In this document: positions 16,826 to 24,555 of the stretch, piece by piece
Position numbering within the stretch: position 1 is the stretch's first letter
Layout of the letters: every line of letters begins with the position of its first letter
Assembly: GCA_046754465.1 (NCBI GenBank)
Contig: JBHHVU010000044.1
Coordinates: 1 to 26,890 of the forward strand
Length of the DNA: 26,890 nucleotides
DNA from: Nitrospinaceae bacterium
GTDB taxonomy: Bacteria > Nitrospinota > Nitrospinia > Nitrospinales > VA-1
Reading direction: 5' to 3'
Position numbers and translations under genes: made by a program
Notes under the pieces: generated by a model
Told to the model about the DNA's origin: nothing
What the model saw: the letters and a program-made list of their open reading frames with translations, nothing else
Database searches by the model: none

Positions 16826-18025
16826 GTGGCTTCGATAGAAGATATGGGCACAAACAAAATGACCGATTCCCAGGCTGGAGACCCGGAAAACGGTCCGGTG
16901 GATTCAGATGCAAAACTTTGCATGCTGAAAACCGAATTGCTGAAAAGGATCGACCTTTTCAGCCCCCTCCCGCCTTCCTCCCTTGAATACATCGTCGAAA
17001 ACAGCAGGGATATCGCCCTGAACGACGGGGAAACCCTTTTCCCCGAAGGCATTTCCGAAAAAATGATGTATATCATCCTTTCGGGCCAGATCCTGATCTG
17101 CAAAGGGAATAAAAGGATCGCTGTCCTAACCCAGGGGGAGTACTTGGGCGAAATGCCCCTGATCGATTTCAAATCCCGGTCGGCCTCCGCCAAGGCCGTG
17201 GGCAATGTTTTGTTGATGGAAATTTCCGTCGAAATCTTTAATAAATTCATTACCTCCAATTCCAAGGCCTTATTCGAAATGATGAAGGTTTTTTCCTCGC
17301 GCATCCGCGGCGATCTGGACTCCATGTCCAACGATATGCTGAAGATGAGTAATTTTACCCATGACATGAGAAATTGCCTGGTTCCCCTGGGAATCGTGGA
17401 AGTTCTCCTGAGTGAAGCGATGAATGCGCTTAAGGGAACCCAGGGTAAACATAAAAAACGCGAAGGGTGGGAACAGGTCAAAAAAGGGTTCGATACCATG
17501 GTCTCGGTTAAAAATAACCTGATCGTTATGATCGACCAGTGCCTCGCCTGCGTGAAAAAAACGAAATCCGAATACGTGAAGGCCGAATTGGAAATTCTAC
17601 CGTTGATCGAAGAGACCGTTGAGGAGATTTCTTGTCATAAGAATCTGAAAAACAAATTAGTTCGCGTGAAAGTGGAGGGTAAGGTCAAAAAGGGTTTGTT
17701 CAATTATCTCGATATCAAGAGAGTGTTGCAAAACCTGATCATCAATGCGGGGTACGTCACGGAAAACAACGGGGAAATAGATATCCTGGTGAAGGATCTA
17801 AATGACATGATTCAGGTCAGCGTGAAAGATTACGGATGTGGAATTCCGAACAATGTCAAACCGCTTTTGCTGAAAGAAACCTACACCACCAAACCCGATG
17901 GTAACGGTTTCGGCTTGATGTCAGCCCGTGAAATTATCGAAGAATACCATGCCGGCAAAATTTGGTTTGAGACGGAATTGGGAAAAGGAACGGCTTTTCA
18001 TTTCACCATCCCTCACTCCAACTGA
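16826..18025 (+). CDS. Cytoplasmic sensor histidine kinase with cyclic-nucleotide-binding domain (paralog 1)
   Basis: AGGAGG at 16812 precedes GTG 16826. cNMP cassette GEYLGEMPLIDFKSRSASA; H-box FTHDMRN; N-box RVLQNLIINA; G1 DYGCGIP; G2 GNGFGL. Confidence 0.9.
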   Translation: MASIEDMGTNKMTDSQAGDPENGPVDSDAKLCMLKTELLKRIDLFSPLPPSSLEYIVENSRDIALNDGETLFPEGISEKMMYIILSGQILICKGNKRIAVLTQGEYLGEMPLIDFKSRSASAKAVGNVLLMEISVEIFNKFITSNSKALFEMMKVFSSRIRGDLDSMSNDMLKMSNFTHDMRNCLVPLGIVEVLLSEAMNALKGTQGKHKKREGWEQVKKGFDTMVSVKNNLIVMIDQCLACVKKTKSEYVKAELEILPLIEETVEEISCHKNLKNKLVRVKVEGKVKKGLFNYLDIKRVLQNLIINAGYVTENNGEIDILVKDLNDMIQVSVKDYGCGIPNNVKPLLLKETYTTKPDGNGFGLMSAREIIEEYHAGKIWFETELGKGTAFHFTIPHSN

Positions 18026-18131
18026 AAGTTCACGAATTTTAGGAAAGATTTTTCGGTCAGGAATCCATCAGGTTCAAAAGGAAATTTATTAATCATCGTG
18101 CTTCAAGGAAAACAGCGGAGAGGGATTACCC

Positions 18132-19337
18132 ATGGCTCAAAATGAAAAGAAAAAAAATGGAACCCGGCAATCCGAGAACGCCCCTGCAAAAGCCGAACCC
18201 CTTCAATCGGGAACCAAACTTAACTTATTGAAATTCGAGCTTTTAAGGAAGATCGACCTTTTTGGGGCTCTGACCCCGGCGGTTTTGGAACTCCTTGCGG
18301 AACGGAGCCGGGACGTTGTACTGGGGAAGGGGGATGTCTTGTTCGAGGAAGGCGTCACCGAGAAAAGAATGTATATCATCCTTTCCGGTGAAATCCTGAT
18401 TTGCAAGGGGACCCGGACCAAAAAGCGAATCGATGTTCTGGGGGCGGGCGAATATGTCGGCGAAATGGCCCTGATAGACTCCATGCCCCGCTCCGCCTCG
18501 GCTGTAGCCCTGGGAGAGGCCCTGCTGATGGAAATCCACGAAGATCTGTTCAAGGAATATATCGCCTGTAATCCAAAGGCCTTGCTTGAAATGATGAAAG
18601 TTTCCACGCGGCGTATTCGAAAGGATTTGAATTCCATGGCGGGGGATATGCAAAGGATCAGTAATTTCACCCACGACATGAGAAACTGCCTGGTTCCGCT
18701 TGGAATCGCGGAAGTGCTTTTGACCGAAATCGTGAATTCGCTGCGGGGAACCGAGGAATATCATAAAGCCCGTAGGGGATGGGACAAGGTAAAGAAAAGT
18801 TTCAACACCATGCTCTCGGTGCGTAACAACCTGCTCACCCTCATCGATCAAAGCCTCGCATGTGTGAAAAAAACCAAATCCGAGTACGTCAAGGCCGAGT
18901 TGGATATCCTTCCATTGATTGAAGAAACGGTGGGCGAGATTTCCTGCCATAAATATCTCAGAGACAAGAGCATCGATGTCATGGTGGATGGAAGGCCCCC
19001 AAAGGGTTTGTTCAATTACCTCGATATCAAACGGGTGCTGCAAAACCTTCTCATCAATGCGGGCTATGTTACCCAGAAGAATGGACAAATCGATATCCGG
19101 GTGAAGGACCTCAACGACACCATTCAAATCAGTGTCCAGGATTACGGTTGTGGAATTCCCGAGGATATCAAATCCCTCCTGCTGAAAGAAAATTATACAT
19201 CCAAACCCGACGGCAACGGATTTGGTCTGATGTCCTGCAAGGAAATCGTTGAGGAATTCCACCAAGGCAAAATATTTTTCGAGTCAGAAGAGGGAAAAGG
19301 GACGACGTTTCATTTCACCATCGCCCATTCCAATTGA
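18132..19337 (+). CDS. Cytoplasmic sensor histidine kinase with cyclic-nucleotide-binding domain (paralog 2)
   Basis: cNMP cassette GEYVGEMALIDSMPRSASA; FTHDMRN; RVLQNLLINA; DYGCGIP; GNGFGL. Collinear with the upstream paralog. Confidence 0.92.
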   Translation: MAQNEKKKNGTRQSENAPAKAEPLQSGTKLNLLKFELLRKIDLFGALTPAVLELLAERSRDVVLGKGDVLFEEGVTEKRMYIILSGEILICKGTRTKKRIDVLGAGEYVGEMALIDSMPRSASAVALGEALLMEIHEDLFKEYIACNPKALLEMMKVSTRRIRKDLNSMAGDMQRISNFTHDMRNCLVPLGIAEVLLTEIVNSLRGTEEYHKARRGWDKVKKSFNTMLSVRNNLLTLIDQSLACVKKTKSEYVKAELDILPLIEETVGEISCHKYLRDKSIDVMVDGRPPKGLFNYLDIKRVLQNLLINAGYVTQKNGQIDIRVKDLNDTIQISVQDYGCGIPEDIKSLLLKENYTSKPDGNGFGLMSCKEIVEEFHQGKIFFESEEGKGTTFHFTIAHSN

Positions 19338-19692
19338 AGGCGGGCCCGTCTCCCTCTTGAAGCCGGGATAGACCCCGGGAGCGTGTGGTTCAAGGGTTAA
19401 ATTTTCAAGGCCTTTCAGGTTGGGAAGTCATGAGGACTTCCCGCCTGCTCAAACCCGGAGCCCGTGCTTTCCCATCCTTTTGGAGTTCCTTCCAGACTCT
19501 GAAATTCCCTCCTTCCCCCCTGAGAAGGCGCGTGATAATTTGGGCATGAAGTTGCTCGCCCCGGCCAGGCGTGTGAATTTCTATCCGACGTGTATCCATT
19601 TTTATTCCCTGCCGAAGCAACCCCTTTTCGCTTCCTTTAAAAAAAGAATTGAATTTTTGAACCTTAGATTATTCCCTTCCTCGTTTCCTCCT

Positions 19693-19709
19693 TTGGCAAG
19701 CAAATTGCT
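19693..19709 (+). promoter_or_regulatory. Putative sigma54 (-24/-12) promoter
   Basis: TTGGCAAGCAAATTGCT has exact GG-N10-GC spacing and is close to the YTGGCACG-N4-TTGCW consensus. It is in an AT-rich intergenic region. Confidence 0.6.
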
Positions 19710-19879
19710 TTTTCTAATTCACCGATCATGTGAATAGAAAACTCCGAATTCGTTATCCCTTTCTGTTGGGACTTTCAAGAGGTTTCATTGCCCCTCCCTC
19801 TTTCGGTCCCATTTAAGTGGGCACGGGAGCGTTTTGGGTTGCCAATTCTGACTTATTAGATGGAATAACAATACCGTTC

Positions 19880-20170
19880 ATGAAAAAACTGTTTCCGGTA
19901 ATTTGCTTGTTCCTCGGTTCTTGCGCCGGATGGGACCCCCGGGTGGAAACCTATAACGTGGGGGAGTATTCCGTTTTCATAGCGTCCCAGGAAAAAGTAA
20001 ACTCAGAATATCAAAAGGTTTGCATCCTTCACTGTTCGAAGTCGGTCAAAGGGTTCGTCAATTTCCGATCCCGGGAGATGTGGGCGATTCATAGCCTGCC
20101 CGTGGTGATGCATGAATTCAGACACATCGTGGAAGGTCAATATCATGAAAGGCCCGTGACCTTGAAATGA
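19880..20170 (+). CDS. Small lipoprotein with HExxH motif
   Basis: MKKLFPVICLFLGS-C lipobox; VVMHEFRHIVEGQYH near the C-terminus; 96 aa. Confidence 0.7.
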   Translation: MKKLFPVICLFLGSCAGWDPRVETYNVGEYSVFIASQEKVNSEYQKVCILHCSKSVKGFVNFRSREMWAIHSLPVVMHEFRHIVEGQYHERPVTLK

Positions 20171-20405
20171 GCTTTATTGCAAATTCGTTTTAAGACCCGA
20201 TTTTACCCACCATTTCGTCCCCGCCTTTATCCAGCGCATCCCTGCCGGAAAAAAAATATTTTACCCTTGGACAGGGCGTTCGCCTTTATGGGGGCAGGCC
20301 CTAAGGCCCAAAAAGGCTTGTATTTTCCCTCCGTTTCTATAAACCTGAAGAGGCGCCGTTTTGCCCCATGGTCCGGGAAACCTCCTTCCCGGAATTTGGA
20401 TTCTG

Positions 20406-20434
20406 TTGATTTTTCTTTTGATGTCATGTAATAT
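20406..20434 (+). promoter_or_regulatory. Putative sigma70 promoter upstream of the secretion locus
   Basis: TTGATT-N17-TAATAT, 35 bp upstream of ATG 20470. Confidence 0.4.
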
Positions 20435-20469
20435 GCGTCCGCTTTAATAGGAAAACAAAGATTTTATTA

Positions 20470-21180
20470 ATGAATTTCATTTCAGGACAGGGCGTTATGA
20501 TCGGAAGCGGAAGTAAATTGGGGTTTCCCTTGGCGGCTGCCGCCGTGATTACTATGTTTCTGGGGCCAGGTTTTCTGGATGCCCGGGCGCAGGGCGCCGA
20601 TCCCCGTGAACCCGGTAAACTCCGGGAAAAACAGTGGGCCAATATCGAGGGGTTCCGGTCAGCGCATTTTGGAATGTCCGAGCCGGAAGTGTTGAAAGCG
20701 ATCTTTCGGGATTTCAAGATTCCCAAAAGCAAGGTGATTCGTAAAACGCATCCCATCGAAAGAACCGTCCGGCTGGGAATCAAGGTATCCGGCTTGTTGC
20801 CTTCCAGCGGGCCCGCTCATATCTTGTATATTTTGGGGTTCAAATCCAATAAACTCATAGAAATTGATTTGATCTGGGGAAACACCGTTTCTTCCGATAT
20901 GAGCGCGGAGAGAGTGGTGGGAATCGCCAACCAGTTGCTCAATCATTTCAGCCGCCAAAAATTCCAGAAAGACGGACTGGTGATCAATGGCACTCTTCCC
21001 GACGGTTCGATCCTGGTGTTCCGGGGAAAGGACAGGAAAGGCCGCATGGCCATCCTGCATTACAACAACCCGAAAGATGAGGATGGAAAACCTTCCAAGG
21101 AAAAAACCGCGCTCCGATTGTCCTATATCGAAACGCCCACGTCTCCGGATATTTTTCAAATCAAAGAGGGAGAATTTTAA
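20470..21180 (+). CDS. Exported hypothetical protein upstream of TpsB
   Basis: Signal-like segment ending ARA-Q; globular domain beginning IEGFRSAHFGMSEPEV. Alternative start at 20497. Confidence 0.8.
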   Translation: MNFISGQGVMIGSGSKLGFPLAAAAVITMFLGPGFLDARAQGADPREPGKLREKQWANIEGFRSAHFGMSEPEVLKAIFRDFKIPKSKVIRKTHPIERTVRLGIKVSGLLPSSGPAHILYILGFKSNKLIEIDLIWGNTVSSDMSAERVVGIANQLLNHFSRQKFQKDGLVINGTLPDGSILVFRGKDRKGRMAILHYNNPKDEDGKPSKEKTALRLSYIETPTSPDIFQIKEGEF

Positions 21181-21372
21181 AAACCGCCGTTGCGGCGATT
21201 TTCCCCTCATCCATCTCGGCCCGACATGGCAAATTAAAAATAATTGTTTTATAATAGCTTTTCTGGTGATTGGGTACCTTCGGGCCAATGGTGATGATTT
21301 TCCCGGCGGCCTTTTCTCTCCCCGGGAGGCGGATTAAAAAGTCCCGGCTGACTGGAGACCTGATTTGTTTCG

Positions 21373-23139
21373 ATGAAAAAAAGAACCGGTTCCATCCCAT
21401 TTTGGTGTTTTTGGTTCCAATATCCCGCTTTTTGCCTCGGCATTGGGTTTCTGGTTGTTTTGATTTTCCCCACTCTTTCCGAAACCGCGCCCATTCCCTC
21501 TGCCGGAGAATCCGGAGTGATCGAGAAATCCCTCCGCAAAAGCCGTCCCCAGTTTCAACCCCCGCCCGAGGAAGAACTTCCGGTTATTAAAATCGAGGAT
21601 AGCCGCAAACTGGTGGATGCAGGCGCCGGCCCCTCTTTCTTCGTCAAAAAGATCGAGATCGAAGGCAACACCCTGTTCGATGATGAAACCCTGGCTCCTC
21701 TCGTCGATATTGGGGAAGGATTGGAAATGACGCTTGGCGTGCTGTCCCTCTATGCCGGCGAGGTGACCGCCTTTTATGGCCAACGCGGATATATCCTCGC
21801 CCGGGCCTACATCCCCGAACAGGAGGTCAAGGCGGGGATCGTCATACTCAAGGTGGTTGAGGGCAAGGTGGGGAAGATCGAGGTCACCGGCAACGAAAAA
21901 CTCAAGCGCGAGGATTTCCTCAAGCGCATGGAAGCGGTCATGGACGAAAAGGTCCTGAAGGAACGCACCCTCGAACGCGTGCTTCTCGAACTGAACGACC
22001 TGATGGGCGTCCAGGTGCGTTCCGTGTTGAAACCCGGGGAACTCCCCGGAACCTCCGACCTGGTCCTGGAAGTCACCGAAACTCGTCCCTATCAGATATC
22101 CGTCGATGCCGACAACTTCGGTTCCCGCTTTACCGGCAGGAACCGCTTCGGGTTCACCGGAAGTGTGGGCAACCTGTTCAAACTGGGCGACCAGTTCTCC
22201 TTCCGCGCGGTCAGGTCCGACCAGGGACAAAACTTCTTTCAACCCTCTTACCTGATTCCCATCACCTCCTCGGGAACCGTGCTCAAGGGATCGTTCACGT
22301 TCTCGGAACATGAACTGGGAGGGTCCTTGAGCGCCCTGAAGGCTGGGGGATCCACCACCATTTACAACCTGGAAGTGACCCAGCCACTTGTCCGCAGCCG
22401 GAATCTCCAGGTATTCGCGCGCGGCGGGGTGGAATTCAGGAATTTTATCAACAAACAGTTTGCCCAGAAAACCAGCGATGACAAACTCCGTGATTTTTAT
22501 GTCAACCTGGGAGGCAATTATACCGACAGGTTCCGGGGCCGCACCTTCTTCGACCTGAGAACCCAGTTCGGATATACCGAAAGCGACATCAACCGTACGC
22601 TGAATTCCCGTTCCCGCGGCCGCGGCGATGTCACCGTGATCAATCTGAATCTGGTGCGGTACCAATCCACCTCCCCAAAATTTTTTAACAGCTACTTCGT
22701 GATGCGGATGGACGGACAGATCGCCAGTTCCCGCGTCCTTTCCCCCGACCAGATATCGATTGGAGGGGTGGGAACGGTTCGCGGCTACCCCCTGGCCGAG
22801 TTATCCGGCGACGACGGGTATGACGTCTCTCTCGAATTCGTCCTCCCCATTCCCTGGAAAACTCCCGTGGGAAATCGCAAACTGACCCTCGACCGGGTCA
22901 TGTCCCTGGTCGCTTTCATCGACCACGGCAAGGTCTTTGTCCTGGGCCGGCAGCCCGGGGAAATCGATCAAACCATTTCCGGCGCCGGCGGCGGAGTCCG
23001 GATCAATGTCCCAAAAATAAAACCCAACGACGTTGCCGTCAGTTTCGCGCTCCTCTACGGTATCCCGGTATTGGGAGGCCCCGATCCCTCCGACCGCAGT
23101 TTCGGGATATTTTACCTCAGCGGTCTCATGACCTATTGA
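21373..23139 (+). CDS. ShlB/FhaC/HecB family two-partner secretion outer-membrane transporter (TpsB)
   Basis: POTRA signature FYGQRGYILARAYIPEQEV...VVEG; barrel start DNFGSRFTGR; loop-6 motif IGGVGTVRGY; C-terminal aromatic residue. Confidence 0.93.
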   Translation: MKKRTGSIPFWCFWFQYPAFCLGIGFLVVLIFPTLSETAPIPSAGESGVIEKSLRKSRPQFQPPPEEELPVIKIEDSRKLVDAGAGPSFFVKKIEIEGNTLFDDETLAPLVDIGEGLEMTLGVLSLYAGEVTAFYGQRGYILARAYIPEQEVKAGIVILKVVEGKVGKIEVTGNEKLKREDFLKRMEAVMDEKVLKERTLERVLLELNDLMGVQVRSVLKPGELPGTSDLVLEVTETRPYQISVDADNFGSRFTGRNRFGFTGSVGNLFKLGDQFSFRAVRSDQGQNFFQPSYLIPITSSGTVLKGSFTFSEHELGGSLSALKAGGSTTIYNLEVTQPLVRSRNLQVFARGGVEFRNFINKQFAQKTSDDKLRDFYVNLGGNYTDRFRGRTFFDLRTQFGYTESDINRTLNSRSRGRGDVTVINLNLVRYQSTSPKFFNSYFVMRMDGQIASSRVLSPDQISIGGVGTVRGYPLAELSGDDGYDVSLEFVLPIPWKTPVGNRKLTLDRVMSLVAFIDHGKVFVLGRQPGEIDQTISGAGGGVRINVPKIKPNDVAVSFALLYGIPVLGGPDPSDRSFGIFYLSGLMTY

Positions 23140-23591
23140 TCCTCGCCAACCACTGCCAAAAATCCAACTCTTTCCATCGGAAAATTTCTTATGGCATATA
23201 ACCAAGATATGCTTTTTAAGGTGTTTTTGTTGTGTTAAACTTTTCGCCCCCCACCCTGATTTAATCCATTGAATTATTTGTCTTTGTTTTATGCGAGCCG
23301 CATCGTGGTGATCGTATCTTTTCCCACAACCTCCCGTTGAATAGTTGACTCCCGTGGCAAATCGCGCCGCCCGGGGGAACTCGCGCCCAAAAGATTTCCT
23401 TATAACCTATTGATAATAAAAGGATATTCTCATATTTTTTCCGGCCCCAAGCCCCAAAGGGTTTTTGGGAAGATTTAAGTCATTGTTTCATGCGGGCTAA
23501 TTTTTTCTCCTTTCGGAAAGCGGCCATTTCCCATACACTTCTCCAACATTTCCCATAGTGTCGCTAATCCTGGCCTGATTGGGGGGGCTGT

Positions 23592-24542
23592 ATGGCGGGT
23601 TCGGCGCGAGTTATTTTTACTGTTCTTCTGACAATTTCCGCCCTGTTTGCAACCGGTGTCTCCGCGGAAGAAATTCCCGTCGGCAAGGTCATTGGTATCA
23701 CCGGCACCGTTGAATTCCTTTCGGGATCCGGCGAGCCGGTCGCCCAGGCCAAACCGGGAGAAGTCCGCACGGCCTCCTTCGAACGCTGGGAAAAAACCAA
23801 ATTCCAGCAGGCCGTTTACGCGAAAGATCAATTTCGCACCTCACGCAAAAGCCGCCTCAAAATTCTCTTCACCGACAAAAGCCTCATCGCCCTGGGTCCC
23901 GGGTCCCGGTTGAAAATCGAATCCTACCTGTTCAAGGCATCGGACAAACTGCGCCAAGGGGTAGTGGGACTGGCCCACGGCCTGTCCATGTTCATCGTCA
24001 ACAAATCACAAAAAAACAAAAATTCCTCTTTCAGGATCGTCACCCCAACGGCCAACATCGCCGCCCGGGGCACCCAGGGTTACGTGAGTTCCTCGGACCA
24101 AATTGCCTTTCTGGCCATGCAAGCGGGAATGACCGCGGCCTCCAATAGCAACCCCATCGTCGTCGGGACCCAGAATGTCAGCGCCGGGTTCGGGACCAAG
24201 ATTCCCGCGGACCAGCCTCCCACAGTTCCCAAACCGCTGTCGGTCAACGACTTCAAAAGTATTCGCAGTGTCATTTTGGGCCGCATCGCTCCCACCTCCA
24301 CCGGAGCCCCGAGCGGCGGCAAACCCTTGATTGAAGTGCAGCAGCCTGCAACCGAGCAAACACCCGGCACCGCGCCGGCGGATGCGGCGCCGTCTCAAAC
24401 TCAAACTCAAACGTCTGGTTTCGGCCAGCAGTTTTTTACCGCGTTTGAAGGACTCGCGGAATTTTTTGATCCCGCGGTGGATTTCGCCCCGGTCAACAAT
24501 CCGTTCGATGCGAGCCAAGGAGCAAACTCGTGTACACCTTGA
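23592..24542 (+). CDS. FecR domain-containing exported protein with Pro/Thr/Gln-rich tail
   Basis: Signal peptide; VGKVIGITGTV, DQFRTSRKSRLKILFTDKSLIALGPGSRLKI and FRIVTPTANIAARGT are typical of the FecR domain. Confidence 0.88.
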   Translation: MAGSARVIFTVLLTISALFATGVSAEEIPVGKVIGITGTVEFLSGSGEPVAQAKPGEVRTASFERWEKTKFQQAVYAKDQFRTSRKSRLKILFTDKSLIALGPGSRLKIESYLFKASDKLRQGVVGLAHGLSMFIVNKSQKNKNSSFRIVTPTANIAARGTQGYVSSSDQIAFLAMQAGMTAASNSNPIVVGTQNVSAGFGTKIPADQPPTVPKPLSVNDFKSIRSVILGRIAPTSTGAPSGGKPLIEVQQPATEQTPGTAPADAAPSQTQTQTSGFGQQFFTAFEGLAEFFDPAVDFAPVNNPFDASQGANSCTP

Positions 24543-24555
24543 CAAAAGTTTGAAT

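Noticed and set aside
19405..19620. Small minus-strand ORF (71 aa) and hairpin GGGAAGTC/GACTTCCC at 19422-19442
   Set aside because: There is no recognisable domain, so coding status cannot be supported from sequence alone. The hairpin lacks a U-tract.
23350..23400. GGCAAA-containing stretch upstream of fecR as a possible c-di-GMP-I riboswitch
   Set aside because: It lacks the GNRA-capped P2 stem and the downstream GACGCAAAGC-type consensus.
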